This document shows positions 22,037 through 33,517 of a DNA stretch of 64,000 bases, piece by piece; positions within the stretch are counted from its first letter, which is position 1, and each line of letters opens with the position of its first letter. This DNA comes from an uncultured Methanoregulaceae archaeon (lineage in GTDB: Archaea; Halobacteriota; Methanomicrobia; Methanomicrobiales; Methanospirillaceae). Where the stretch lies: NCBI GenBank assembly GCA_963841015.1, contig CAWJAX010000003.1:384001-448000 (forward strand), in the 5' to 3' direction. A model generated the notes under the pieces. That model was not told the DNA's origin and made no database searches. It saw nothing but the letters and a program-made list of their open reading frames with translations. The translations under genes were made by a program, and so were the position numbers.

Positions 22037-22472
22037 GGCTCTGTAGAATTCCTTTTTCATTGATATGAAATTCAAGATACTGGTACGAAGGAAGGAGGGG
22101 ACATGAGCCTGTCCCCCCATGCCGCCCCTGCACTCAGCGATGATGACGGAGCACCTGATAGGGAGTTATCGCATCGGGAGAGCCACAGCAGCGGGGGTGA
22201 AACCCCTTGAGCGTATAGCTGGTAATTGAGCAGTTCCCATGAAAATTGAACTATTCAGTTATGATACGAGATTTTTTTACACACATCCATTTACGATGAT
22301 CGCCACCGCCCCCGAAGGGTCGCCCCCGCGGTGGATCAGTAACAAACAATTCAAAAAAAACCCTGCCCGCCGTGCCTCGGAGAGGCCCTGAGGCGGGGTT
22401 CCATCGTATACATTACGATTTCATGGTTCTAGTGTGTACCTGATCAGATCATGACCGCATTTCTCCAGAGCA
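22037..22472. mobile_element. composite MITE, family 1 (module A + module B)
   Basis: Ends ggctctgtagaa / ttctccagagca; first ~200 bp align with 50364..50570 (reverse), the rest with 45499..45741 (reverse). Confidence 0.8.
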
Positions 22473-22880
22473 AATTTTTTTAACCTGTCTCGTAGGTAAA
22501 TCACGTCAATCGTGCTCCACCGCCATTTACGATATTGTCTGATACCATATTTCCAGGATCCTATAGGAGGTAATACTCTTTTGAGGGTAAAATAACCCCA
22601 TATCGGGCTCCGTTAACTCTTTTTCCCCTTCGGAAAACCCCGCAAAACGCTCCGATTTGACCGAAATACAAAATCCCGATTATTGAGGATTATTTGACAA
22701 AATAGCACCATATTGACCTCAAATTTTGACCCCAAAAGCTGCGTGAGTTTTGATCCTGACCCTGCTTTAGCCTTTCATACTCGGGATCGATCACACAATC
22801 ACCATTGGCAGCCTGTTAAACTGAGATCGAAAATAGACGAATATTTCAGGTCATTTTCGCTAAATAATTATGATTTCAGG

Positions 22881-24104
22881 TTATTTTAGAACAACACCGG
22901 GGGAAGGTGAAACGCCTTTCTTTTTGATCTCTTCGGAACAATACTGATCAACAGAGTCCAGAAATGCTTTTTTTGCCTTTTTGACCTGCATCTCATCATT
23001 CGAGAAGAAATCATTTGCTATATACCTGAGAGTAGTTGCGTAGTATTGGAAATGAGGAAATTCTTTTTCGAATTCCGCAATCCGGTTCAGGGCTTCCTTT
23101 TTGTCACCGTTGAGAAGATCAAAGGAAATATCAAAAAGGTGGATAGTATGGACTGGCATCCCCTTCTGGTTCGCCAGCTTCCTGAAACTGTGATAAGTGA
23201 TCTTTTTTTTCGTCAGGAGAGAAAACCTGAGCCCGAGGTAGATGGGTTCGAGATCATCGGGATACTGCCGGATAAGATGGTTGAGGACACCTGCAGCACC
23301 ACTGGCGTCACGGTTGTCAAGGTAATAATAATACATCACCCGCAGGAAATGAAAATCATTATAAAACCGCTCAGAACTGATATCCAGCAACCGCTTTCTC
23401 ATTTCGGTGTCATGGACAAGAGCTGCGTTTTCCAAACCGATTTCCAGGAACCATCGCTCACTGGGGAACCACTCGAGTCCCAAAAAAATCATCTGCCAGA
23501 AAAATTTCTCCAGAAACGACGGGTCTTCCAGTTCCAGCTGTTTCATTTTGTGTAACGGTGTCGATGTGTGGGCGAGATCCAGCAGGGTTTCACGCGCAAG
23601 AAGTTCCATCTCACCGGGACGCTGGTTCTGTGCAGACTCATCATCACTCTTAAACTCCCGAAGGGACAGGGTATAATAACAGTACGCTACTGAAGTGCCA
23701 ATCTTGGCATCGAGATTGACATAATATTTCAGGTAATCGATAGCATGAGGATAGTCACCGGATTTTAATAATTTCAGGCCAACGACAATGTTGACCCCGG
23801 TTTCTGCATCTTTTTTCTTTTTAAAGCGAAGAGCGTTATGGATGATCTTCCTGACAAATTCAAAATCCCCGCTGTTCTTACTTGCATCCAGGACTTCAAA
23901 CGTGATATGATCAATAAATTCGTCATACGTTTCATCAGGGATATCCGGAAAAGAATTCTCGAGTGCAGAGACCACATGTCCATAAAAAACCGGCAGGTTG
24001 GAGTCTACTTTGTCCGAATTGCCACGGATGTAGCCAAAGAAATCATTTTTCAACAGGTTCAGCTTCTCGTAGACAATCGCGTCTGAAAGCTTCTCTCCCC
24101 GCAT
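22881..24104 (-). CDS. hypothetical helical (TPR-like) protein
   Basis: 407-aa ORF with helical-repeat character (GLKLLKSGDYPHAIDYL, LIRQYPDD). Confidence 0.75.
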   Translation of the reverse strand: MRGEKLSDAIVYEKLNLLKNDFFGYIRGNSDKVDSNLPVFYGHVVSALENSFPDIPDETYDEFIDHITFEVLDASKNSGDFEFVRKIIHNALRFKKKKDAETGVNIVVGLKLLKSGDYPHAIDYLKYYVNLDAKIGTSVAYCYYTLSLREFKSDDESAQNQRPGEMELLARETLLDLAHTSTPLHKMKQLELEDPSFLEKFFWQMIFLGLEWFPSERWFLEIGLENAALVHDTEMRKRLLDISSERFYNDFHFLRVMYYYYLDNRDASGAAGVLNHLIRQYPDDLEPIYLGLRFSLLTKKKITYHSFRKLANQKGMPVHTIHLFDISFDLLNGDKKEALNRIAEFEKEFPHFQYYATTLRYIANDFFSNDEMQVKKAKKAFLDSVDQYCSEEIKKKGVSPSPGVVLK

Positions 24105-24204
24105 ACAGGAAAAATGGCATGTTTAAATATTAAAAGGTATGACAGGCCAACCTGGTTCTTATCGGATTTATCCAGTCATCCTTATCCATTTCCCGAGTGT
24201 TACA

Positions 24205-24262
24205 AAGACTCCCCATGCCCCGAAGGATTCCCGTGGCGGAACATCGGTGACCAACAATTACG
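24205..24262. repeat. degenerate fragment of family-1 module B
   Basis: ccccgaaggattcccgtggcgga...ggtgaccaacaatt resembles cccccgaagggtcgcccccgcggtggatcagtaacaaacaatt at ~22310. Confidence 0.45.
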
Positions 24263-24291
24263 CGCGTCAGACAGGAATGGGTACTAAAAAA

Positions 24292-24555
24292 GGGTATAGT
24301 CACATTTTAACGATGAACATTTCTTCACGATTTATCAAAAAACTCAATTGATGACACTCCCGGGGGCTTCGGCTTTTGCCTCCACCACCGGCTGTTGCGA
24401 CCCCCGGGATTCGACAGAACCGCTAATCCCACTACGAGCCGGGAATCATTTGTCAAAAAATGAAACACTTTTCTGTCCTGAATATAGTGCTTTATATTTT
24501 TCATTTTTTCACGGTTAAATCAATTTTTTTTCATAGTTAAACCGGGACTATACCG
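24292..24555. mobile_element. MITE family 2
   Basis: Imperfect 20-bp TIR gggtatagtcacattttaac / gttaaaccgggactataccg; flanks ctaaaaaa / ataaaaaa (7/8, possible TSD); internal core shared with 53927..54205. Confidence 0.65.
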
Positions 24556-24564
24556 ATAAAAAAA

Positions 24565-25218
24565 TCAGTCAGTACGTTGGGCAGTATAATATTCTCTCGG
24601 TGTCTCAAGACGTATCCGGTATGAATCGATATTCTTTACGCTGATGATCATGTACATACTGGTGTTTGATGTCCGGACAATTCTGTAGGAGGTACCGGGT
24701 TTCACGATCTCTTCTCCGGTGATAATACCCCCGGTGTCAGCATACGAGAGGGCCATGCGAAAGTTTGCATACTGAGGCTGGTTTTCTGCCACGACGGAAG
24801 TGTTTATCATCCAGATTGGATACGGTACAGAAAAAACCTGGGTCAGCCCCCCACGCGTATTTTCAATAACGGCAAACGGAACCCATTCCTGAGTCTGCCG
24901 GGGTGCTTCGGACGCTCCCGTCGTCACCATGTTTTCGGGAAGTTTATACACGGGATAGGAAAAGGGTTTGTCGGTATAAAAAATACGATATGGGGGGGCA
25001 TCAGGTTTTGGCATTCCTGGAGTGACTACCGGGATCTGTTCAGGATATTCTGGCGGGAACGTGAAGGGATTAGGGGTTTTTACAACCGTTTCTGCAGGCT
25101 TCAGCAGCATTTCAGGCAAATTCTGCAGTTCCGATACGTACTCAGGGTTTGCCATGAATGCCACAAAGATTACAATAGCGATACCCGCAAAGAGGGTAAG
25201 AAGGTCCCTGGAGTCCAC
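24565..25218 (-). CDS. hypothetical membrane-anchored exported protein (paralog of 5388..6170)
   Basis: N-terminal TM, Pro-rich linker, GGLTQVFSVPYPIW motif. Confidence 0.75.
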   Translation of the reverse strand: MDSRDLLTLFAGIAIVIFVAFMANPEYVSELQNLPEMLLKPAETVVKTPNPFTFPPEYPEQIPVVTPGMPKPDAPPYRIFYTDKPFSYPVYKLPENMVTTGASEAPRQTQEWVPFAVIENTRGGLTQVFSVPYPIWMINTSVVAENQPQYANFRMALSYADTGGIITGEEIVKPGTSYRIVRTSNTSMYMIISVKNIDSYRIRLETPREYYTAQRTD

Positions 25219-25432
25219 ATACTATACTGGACATCGGGCAATAAAAAACCTCCATGATACCCTGCAACTTACAGTAAATCCATACATATTCCGGATTTGT
25301 CAGGCCCAATAAAAAATATCTGCCGGATTTACAATAGGTCTTACCATTTTCTTGGAAAAGGAGAGAGCCATTCTGTACAATAAACGATAGTTATTATAGA
25401 ATAACACATAAATAAAAAAAATATAAGGTGGT

Positions 25433-26336
25433 ATAATTACAATCATTACCTTTTCTCACCATAAAGGAGGTACTGGCAAGACTACCTCCTGCCTGAATAT
25501 CAGCCGGTTTTTGCCAAAAAGCCGGGAGAAAAGTACTGGTTGTTGATTGCGATCCTCAGGCGAATGCAACCGCCGGGCTCGGCGTCGACCCCAGTGCAGC
25601 TTCCGGCAAAAATATGTATCAGGTTTTTATGAGTGGGATTGATGATTTTCCGAAAGTCAGGATACAGGATATTATTCTGAAAACCGCGTCGGGCGTTGAT
25701 CTTGCACCTGCACACCTTGATCTTGTCGGAGCGGAACCGTACCTCTATCATGCGAAATTCCCCACCGGGGTGCTTAAAGAAGCTCTCGCCATTGTCAATA
25801 ACCAGTATTCTTATGTTTTCATTGACACTCCGCCGAGCTTAGGTCAGTTTGTGATCAATGGACTCTTTGCAGCAGATCATGTCATCGTGACCCTCGATTC
25901 GGGATCGTTTGCGCTCAACGGGGTTACAACACTCTCCACAATATTTTCTGATATTAAAGAGGGTCTGGGTAAAGAAATCCGACCTGATATGGCAATCGTC
26001 AGCCGCTGGGGTGAGGGGCTGCTCCAGTCAGATTCAAAACCTGAAAAAGAAGAGGGAAAGGGTCTTTTTACCCGTATCCGGAATGTTTTTTCCAAACCGC
26101 CGGAACCTTCTCCTGAGAGCCTGAAAGCCGCAGAAGAACAAAAACAGGAGCATATGCGGCTGCTGGCGATGCTCAACCAGATTAAGCGAAGATTTCGCAG
26201 CGTGTATACTGTCCCCTACTCTACAGCAGTGTACGAAGCCCAGAAACGCGGTATGCCCCTTTCTCATGTTGCACCAGACAGCAGTGCCGGAATCGCGTAT
26301 AAAACCATTGCAGAAGAGGTTATGAGATGGAACTAA
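25433..26336 (+). CDS. ParA/MinD-family ATPase; one-base frameshift at 25502; start codon uncertain
   Basis: [10 protein letters not shown] Walker A in the upstream frame, [10 protein letters not shown] after removing one A, IDTPPSLG; overlaps the start of the chemoreceptor gene. Confidence 0.85.
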
Positions 26337-28319
26337 AAGAGCTAGAAAATGCACTAAAGAAAACCAGTGAAGGCAATTTCTCTGTCCGTATCGACGAGAA
26401 TAAGGTTGGTACAGAATTAAAGGCAGTGGCACAGATGCTGAACCTGACGCTCGAAAAGGCTGCAGTGGCAAAGGAGCTCAAGCATCGTGCAGACGTGATG
26501 ATCCAATACAATCCTATGGCGATTGCCATACTGAGAAAGGACAAAACGAGGATCCATATCAACAAGGCTTATGAAACCGTATGGCGCGGAACCCGTGAAG
26601 AACTTCTCAAAAAGAAACTCAACGATTTTGATATTGCTATTCTTTCCGGGGAACACTTCTACGCCTGCTTTGAGACAAAGAAACTCTCGATCACTGAATG
26701 TCTTGTCACATTCCCTGACGGTGTCAGGAAATACCTCACGCTCAATGCCATCCCCATTCTCGATAAAAACGGGGAAGTTGATGGTGCTTTCTATATCTGG
26801 ATAGACCACACAGAGCTCCACGGGAAGATGGAAGCAATAAAAAAGGTAGAGCAGCGGGTGGACCGGATCATTCAGGAAAACCCGTTTCCCCTTTTTACAA
26901 TCGATGCCGAACTGAATGTAAAAATCTCTAACCTGGCATTCCTGGAATTCACCGGCTATTCCAAAGACAATGCATCTTCTCTTTCGATGAAGGACTTCAA
27001 GTACCTCAAAAATAAAGGAGAAACCGTCGAAGGAACAATAAAATCCAGGAAACGCAGTCATGGTGAATCGACAATAGAATTCCCCCGTGGTACATTCGTT
27101 CTTGAATGGTACTATATCCCCCTGCTTGATACCGACGGTAATGTAGAAAGTTTGTTGATCGTTCTCAATGATATCACCGAACGGCGCAAGAAAGAAAAAG
27201 AAGTCAGGCAGCTGATGGAGGATACGCAGAAGAAAGCCGAAGCGCTCTCTGCCAGTGCTGCAGTCCTGGAAAACGGACTGGAACGAATTGCAAAAGGGGA
27301 TCTTACCTTCATTATCCCACTCGTTGATGGAGATCCGTTAATAAAACTGAAAAAAGATTATAACCTGTCTGTCGATTCAATCAAGAAGGTTATCGGGGAA
27401 CTGGAAAAATCAATTAAACAGATTGAAGTAACCACGCAGGATACCAGTAGGGGTACAACGGAAATTTCCAAATCCACCGAACAGGTTGCAGTCGGAACGC
27501 AGAAATCAGCTGATGGTGCAAAAAAGCAGCTTGATGAGCTGGAAAAAGTTGGAAAAGAAGTCTCCGACCTCTCAGCTTCCATTGAGGAAATTGCCAGCAC
27601 TTCGCAGGACCTGTTGAGTCACGCCCAGAAAGCAGCGCAGGAAGGGAACAAGGCTTCCGAACTGGGCAAGATTGCAACTGCCAAGATGACGATGGTTGAG
27701 AAAATCGCCGGGGAGAGTGTAAGTGAGATCACCGCACTCAACGATCGGATGAAAGAGATCTCAAACATCGTGAAGATGATTGCTGATATCTCCAGCCAGA
27801 CGAACCTCCTTGCACTGAATGCTGCGATCGAGGCTGCACGGGCCGGGGAGCATGGGCGCGGTTTTGCAGTAGTAGCCGGCGAAGTCCGGAACCTTGCCGG
27901 TGAGTCAAAAACCGCAACGAACCATATCGAAACGCTCATCAGTTCCATCCAGAACAACAGCGATAAAACCGCGGCAGCAATTAAAAGTTCATACAAGGAA
28001 ATACAGGCAGGAATTGAGAGTGTAAACAAGACGATTGAAGCCTTAAACCGGATTATTGCCTGAGTCGAATGTGGTTGCACAGGGTGTAAACGAGATCACC
28101 AAAGCGACCGAGGATCAGGCAGAAGCGACGACCCGTGTGGTTCACGGAATGGAGAAATCCAGTGTTATTACCCGCGAGAACCAGGGGCGGATGGAGGATA
28201 TGGCGGCACTTGCACAGGAGACGAGTGCGTCAACTGAAGAGATCGCCAGCGCATCTGCTGAGCTTGCTGAGCTGGCAAACCGGCTGAAGAAGATAATGGA
28301 ACAGTTCAGGCTGCGGTGA
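26327..28319 (+). CDS. soluble methyl-accepting chemotaxis protein with 2 PAS domains; one-base frameshift near 28060
   Basis: No TM; two PAS repeats, HAMP-like segments, [31 protein letters not shown]; C-terminus continues in ORF 28056..28319. Confidence 0.9.
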
Positions 28320-28322
28320 ACA

Positions 28323-28793
28323 ATGGTCTCTACGGTAGATGTGGTGGAATTTGTGCTGGGGGGTGAGCGTTATGCTCTTGATATACAACTGGCGCGGGAA
28401 ATTGTTGAGATGATTCCCATCACTCCCATTCCCCGTGCACCTCCTTACATCTCCGGGGTAATTAATCTTCGCGGAGAGATCACCAACATCATGAACCTCA
28501 ATACCCTGCTCGGATTACCTCCTCAGGAGACGCGGGAAAATCAGAAGATAATCGTCCTGGTACCGGATGCTGCATCCGGGAGCAACGTCGGGATCATTGT
28601 TGATGAGGTAACGAGTGTCCTCCAGGTTGCAGAAACTGATATCGAACACCTCGGCGAAGGACTCTCGTCTGAGGTTTCCAGTTTCGTAAAAGGGATCATC
28701 AAGATGAAAGGTGATGGTGCTGACAAAAAGAGTACGGGCCTGATCATCTGGATCGATATGAAGAAAGTGCTTGAGGATGTGGCAACAAAGTGA
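28323..28793 (+). CDS. cheW: chemotaxis coupling protein CheW
   Basis: ITPIPRAPPYISGVINLRGEI, GIIVDEV. Confidence 0.95.
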   Translation: MVSTVDVVEFVLGGERYALDIQLAREIVEMIPITPIPRAPPYISGVINLRGEITNIMNLNTLLGLPPQETRENQKIIVLVPDAASGSNVGIIVDEVTSVLQVAETDIEHLGEGLSSEVSSFVKGIIKMKGDGADKKSTGLIIWIDMKKVLEDVATK

Positions 28794-28847
28794 ACGGCAG
28801 GAACATATCATGGTAAAAATTACTCGTGCAGGACAATTGACGGGGGG

Positions 28848-31562
28848 ATGGATGTGACAGAACTACCGGGGAGAAAAGCGTTATTTACCGGGGCGGTAAC
28901 GCCTGCAATACCCGCCAATCCTTCAGAAGAGATTGCACCGGTCAGAGAATCTGAACAAACGATCGCAGAACTCCGACAACGGCTTGACGTAATGGTCAGT
29001 AATAATCCCGTCCCCATGCTCCTGACCACACCCGGGTTCTCAATCGTTGAAGCAAATGCTGCCTATATTGAGATGAGCGGAATCAGGGAACGCGATCTCT
29101 TAAAGACCAATCTGAAAAATTTCAAGATTATCAGCCAGAAGGGAGAGGGGGCTAAAGTCGCTCTTTTAGAAAAACGGCGCTCGTTTGGCGAAGTGAGCGT
29201 GGAATTGCCGTCAGGTATACATATTCTTGAACAATACTGCATTCCGATTATGGGCAAAGACCAGACAATCACCAGTCTGCTCTTTGTCTATAATGACACG
29301 ACAGCACAGAAAAAGAAGAGCGAGGAAATCGAACAGCTCAAGCACCGTTCCGAAACGATTGTCCAGCAAAACCCGATGCCAATCATTCTCGTGGATATGA
29401 ATTTCCACATCCGGGTAGTAAATGAGGCATATGCTTCCTTAAGTGGAATCAGTCGCGTTGACCTGATGAAGATGACCCTGCGTGATTTCAAGATCCTCGA
29501 CCAGACCGGTGAAGGAATCAGGCAGGCAATCCAGGAGAAAAGGCGGGTTGCAGGTGAAGTCCAGGTCGAATTTCCCACGGGTGTAAAAAGGTTGCAGCAG
29601 TATGGTATTCCAATTCTTGACAACAGCGGGAATGTGACCAGTATCCTGATCGTCTATAACGATGTTACTGAGGATCGCCGGCAGATGGATGAGATCACCG
29701 AACTGCACAGGACAGCTGAAACCATTGTCCAGCATAACCCGATCCCCATGCTGATGACCAATCCCGGTTTTGTCGTAATCGAAGCAAATGCAGCCTATGC
29801 AAAGATGAGCGGGATTCCCCGTGATCGCGTCCTTGGCATGAATCTCCGGGAGGTAAAAATTCTCGAGCAGAAAGGCGAAGGTGCAAAGGTGGCCATCGAG
29901 AAGAAACAACGGGCATTTGGTGAAGTTACCGTTGAACTTCCCAGCGGCACACATATCCTCGAGCAGTACGTAATGCCGGTTCTTGATGGCAACAATAAAA
30001 TAAAAAATCTCCTTTTTGTCTACAATGAGGTCACCATTCAACGCAAGAGCCAGCAGGAACTGCAAAAGAAGATGGATGAGGTTGCCCTGCTCAAGCTGCG
30101 GTCAGATATTATCGTCAACCAGAATCCCATGCCTATCATGCTGATGAATACCGGGTTTAAGATCATCATGGTAAATGATGCATATATCTCCCTGACCGGC
30201 CTTGCCCGGGAACGGCTTATCGGCATGAGTGCCAAGGATTTCAAGATCCTCGAACAGAAGGGAGAAGGGCTCAAAAAGGTGCTGCAGGAACAAAAAAGGA
30301 GTTTTGGGGAGATAAAAATTGAATTCCCGACCGGTGTTCGTATCCTCAGCCAGTACGGTATACCCATGGTTGATCCAAAAGGAATTCTCCAGACCATTGT
30401 CTGTGTATATAATGACGTAACGACCCAGCGCGAGCAGGAAACAAAGATCAAAGAGATGATGGACGAAGCACGGGCCAAAGCTGAACTCCTTACCGTAAGC
30501 GCAGAAGAACTCCAGATGGCACTCTCAAAAATTGCATCCGGTGATCTCACGTACCGGGTGAGCATAGATGATGCTGATCCACTGGTAAAGCTGAAGGCCG
30601 ATTATAATGCAGCAGTTGATTCGATCAGGATCGTCTTATCCGACCTGATGCAGGGTATGATCAAACTCGATGCCACCATCAACGATACTATCAAGAGCAC
30701 AGAAGAAATTGCAAAGGCCACCGAGCAGGTTGCAATCTCGTCCCAGAAAGCCGCTGACAATTCAAAATTGCAGCTCACGAATGTAGAAAAGATTTCGACG
30801 GATATTTCAGATATCTCTGCATCCATCGAAGAGATTGCGAGTACTTCACATGATGTAATGACCCATGCGGAGAAAGCTTCCAAAGAAGGTGCACAGGCAG
30901 CAGAGATCGGCCAGCTTGCCACGACCAAGATGCAGAGCGTGGAGAAGGTCTCCAAGCAGAGTGTAGATGAAATAACCGCGTTGAACGAGCAGATGCGTGC
31001 AATCTCAAAAATCGTGAACCTTATTACCGACATCGCCAACCAGACCAACCTGCTGGCACTCAATGCTGCGATTGAAGCTGCCCGGGCTGGCGAACACGGG
31101 CGTGGCTTTGCAGTAGTCGCCGGTGAAGTCAAGAATCTTGCCGGGGAATCCAAGAAAGCAAGCAGCCAGATCGAGACCCTGATCAAAGCAATCCAGGCCA
31201 AGAGTGAGCAGACTTCAGCATCAATGAAAAACTCTTTTGAAGAGATCAAGACGGGTATTGAGAGTGTGAACAAGACGGTCGATTCGCTGAATCTTATCAT
31301 ATCTGAAGCAAATATTGTCGCGCTCGGAGTAACCGAGATTTCCAAAGCAACAGAAGACCAGGCACAGGCAACCAACACGCTTATGACCGGCATCGAATCC
31401 GTATCAATCCTGACCCGGGATAACCAGAAACGGATGGAGGATATGGCAGCCCTTGCTGAAGAGACCAGTGCTTCAACTGAAGAGATCGCAAGCGCTTCGG
31501 CAGAGCTTGCGGAGATGGCAGAACGCAGCAGGAAGATGATGGGGAAGTTCAACCTGAACTGA
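28848..31562 (+). CDS. soluble methyl-accepting chemotaxis protein with 4 tandem PAS domains
   Basis: Four ~122-aa repeats (NP.P...N.AY...G...EV.VE.P.G...L.QY..P) followed by HAMP and the MCP hairpin. Confidence 0.95.
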   Translation: MDVTELPGRKALFTGAVTPAIPANPSEEIAPVRESEQTIAELRQRLDVMVSNNPVPMLLTTPGFSIVEANAAYIEMSGIRERDLLKTNLKNFKIISQKGEGAKVALLEKRRSFGEVSVELPSGIHILEQYCIPIMGKDQTITSLLFVYNDTTAQKKKSEEIEQLKHRSETIVQQNPMPIILVDMNFHIRVVNEAYASLSGISRVDLMKMTLRDFKILDQTGEGIRQAIQEKRRVAGEVQVEFPTGVKRLQQYGIPILDNSGNVTSILIVYNDVTEDRRQMDEITELHRTAETIVQHNPIPMLMTNPGFVVIEANAAYAKMSGIPRDRVLGMNLREVKILEQKGEGAKVAIEKKQRAFGEVTVELPSGTHILEQYVMPVLDGNNKIKNLLFVYNEVTIQRKSQQELQKKMDEVALLKLRSDIIVNQNPMPIMLMNTGFKIIMVNDAYISLTGLARERLIGMSAKDFKILEQKGEGLKKVLQEQKRSFGEIKIEFPTGVRILSQYGIPMVDPKGILQTIVCVYNDVTTQREQETKIKEMMDEARAKAELLTVSAEELQMALSKIASGDLTYRVSIDDADPLVKLKADYNAAVDSIRIVLSDLMQGMIKLDATINDTIKSTEEIAKATEQVAISSQKAADNSKLQLTNVEKISTDISDISASIEEIASTSHDVMTHAEKASKEGAQAAEIGQLATTKMQSVEKVSKQSVDEITALNEQMRAISKIVNLITDIANQTNLLALNAAIEAARAGEHGRGFAVVAGEVKNLAGESKKASSQIETLIKAIQAKSEQTSASMKNSFEEIKTGIESVNKTVDSLNLIISEANIVALGVTEISKATEDQAQATNTLMTGIESVSILTRDNQKRMEDMAALAEETSASTEEIASASAELAEMAERSRKMMGKFNLN

Positions 31563-31655
31563 TTGGTGAACCCTTCATCTTTTTATCGGAAAAAACGACA
31601 AATGTTATCATCTTTTAAAAGTTCGCCATATTACTGAAGATAATCCGGGAATATC

Positions 31656-32450
31656 ATGGATGGTTTTGCATCCCTCAAGAGGTTTATCGAACACACACTA
31701 TCTATCCAGTGTTCAAATTACAAAGAGGATTACATCAAGCGCAGGATTACCTCACGGATGCGTTCGACCGATACTGCTAGCTACGAGGATTATCTGGCGT
31801 ATCTGAAAGCAAATCCTCCTGAACTCGAGAACCTCAGGAACGCACTTACTATCAATGTTACAGAATTCTTTCGGGATACCGATGTGTATGACTCCATGAA
31901 AAAGGAGATCCTTCCCTTGTTATTCAGCCAAAGAAAACGGCTGCGTATCTGGTGCGCCGGTTGTTCCACCGGTGAAGAACCCTATTCCCTTGCCATGATA
32001 CTCACCGACCTCATAGCGCAGTACCCCGGGATCTCTGCCCAGATCTTGGCAACAGACATTGACAAGGTTGTGCTTGCAAAAGCCCAGGAGGGCACCTATA
32101 CCCAGAAGGCAATGATCAAGTTGTCTGAATCGCAAATCCACCGCCATTTCTCCAAACTCCCTGATGGGAATTACCAGGTGAAACCGCACTTAAAAGAGCT
32201 GATCCGGTTCCGCCCTCACGACCTGATGAGCGGAGTACCTGCTTCGCGGTGGCTTGACATGGTCACCTGCCGGAACGTCACCATTTATTTCAACGAAAAG
32301 CAGAAGGATGAACTGGTAAAAATGTTCCATGGGGCGCTGGTGTCAGGAGGTTTCTATATCATGGGCAAGACAGAATACCTGGGCCGGGCAGTGGAAGATC
32401 TGTTTGAAGCGCATAATTCCCTTCAGAAAATCTACCGGAAAAAGGATTAA
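31656..32450 (+). CDS. cheR: chemotaxis methyltransferase CheR
   Basis: TINVTEFFRD, WCAGCSTGEEPYS, ATDID, CRNVTIYF. Confidence 0.95.
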   Translation: MDGFASLKRFIEHTLSIQCSNYKEDYIKRRITSRMRSTDTASYEDYLAYLKANPPELENLRNALTINVTEFFRDTDVYDSMKKEILPLLFSQRKRLRIWCAGCSTGEEPYSLAMILTDLIAQYPGISAQILATDIDKVVLAKAQEGTYTQKAMIKLSESQIHRHFSKLPDGNYQVKPHLKELIRFRPHDLMSGVPASRWLDMVTCRNVTIYFNEKQKDELVKMFHGALVSGGFYIMGKTEYLGRAVEDLFEAHNSLQKIYRKKD

Positions 32451-32463
32451 AAAAGGAGAAAGA

Positions 32464-32721
32464 TCATCGGGTTTTTCTGCTGTCTTCATCCTTTGGACCC
32501 CGTTCGAACCCTTGTATCAGGCGCTGTTGCAGTTCCTTTCTTTGTCTACGAAGCAGGATCTGGTTATACAGGGTGAAAAAATGAATGCCGATGATTATGA
32601 TGACAAGAAACATGCTGACCCAGAGCATGACACCCTGAACAGAAAGGAAGGTTGCCCAGAGGAGCCCGACAAACGAGATCAGGTATAACATAATCCAGGT
32701 CCGAAGTTCGGGGATCTCCAT
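32464..32721 (-). CDS. small two-TM hypothetical protein
   Basis: Two hydrophobic helices then a charged coiled tail. Confidence 0.65.
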   Translation of the reverse strand: MEIPELRTWIMLYLISFVGLLWATFLSVQGVMLWVSMFLVIIIIGIHFFTLYNQILLRRQRKELQQRLIQGFERGPKDEDSRKTR

Positions 32722-32792
32722 GTGGATCTCATATTACCTGATCACCTAATAAAATAACCCTAAATACTATCAACGGATCGTCAGGATATTTT

Positions 32793-32998
32793 TCCCCTGC
32801 AATAATTCTCTTTAAAGAGGAGGAGAAAATGCACAGGTACGAAGAAGACGGGGACTGTACCTGTCCCCCCATACCGCCCCTGCGCCTCGCGATGATGACG
32901 GAGCACCTGTTCGGGGATTATCGCATCGGGGGAGCCACAGCGGCGGGGGTGAAACCCCTTGAGCGTATAGCTGGTAATTGAGCATTTTCTCCAGAGTC
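32793..32998. mobile_element. MITE family 1, module A (left end degenerate)
   Basis: 32830..32996 aligns closely with 22080..22235; ends attgagcattttctccagagtc. Confidence 0.75.
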
Positions 32999-33023
32999 TG
33001 AAAAGGTACATGTCCTCACCCTT

Positions 33024-33482
33024 TCATCTGCCCATTTTCTTTTTCTCAGCTTCCATATCAAGGATAATCTCAAGTTCGAGGGATTTTCCAAAAGCTTCCT
33101 GAGCTTCATCGCTTCGCCCGAGTTCATCCAGACATACTCCTTTGATATACCATGCAGCGGCATCATTCCCGTTGAGGGCGAGTGCCCGTGTGCAGGCAAA
33201 GAGTGCATCGTTATACCGTTCGAAATTGTAGAGCGCATGCCCTTTTTTTGACCAGGCATCAGCATAGTTCTGGTTGAGCTTAATTGCCTGCTCGCAATCG
33301 GCAAGTGCTTCGGTATTCCTCCCGGTCTCGATAAACACTACCGCCCGAAGATACCTGGCTTCAGGATTTTTGGGATCGAGCGACAGGGCCTTTTCGTAAT
33401 AGGTAATTGCCTCCTTGTATTTCGTGCGGCTGGCATAGGTACGCCCTTTCCTTAACAGCCCGATTACCTCATTGGTTGTCAT
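33024..33482 (-). CDS. tetratricopeptide repeat protein
   Basis: About four TPR units (EAITYYEKALSLDPKNPEA, AWSKKG, AWYIKG). Confidence 0.9.
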   Translation of the reverse strand: MTTNEVIGLLRKGRTYASRTKYKEAITYYEKALSLDPKNPEARYLRAVVFIETGRNTEALADCEQAIKLNQNYADAWSKKGHALYNFERYNDALFACTRALALNGNDAAAWYIKGVCLDELGRSDEAQEAFGKSLELEIILDMEAEKKKMGR

Positions 33483-33517
33483 GGTCGTCTCTTTTTAAGA
33501 TGCTGCATGTATCCTGT

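Noticed and set aside
28810-28850. Alternative upstream ATG for the large chemoreceptor via the G6 run
   Set aside because: Would need a missing base, opposite to all other errors here; cannot be resolved from sequence
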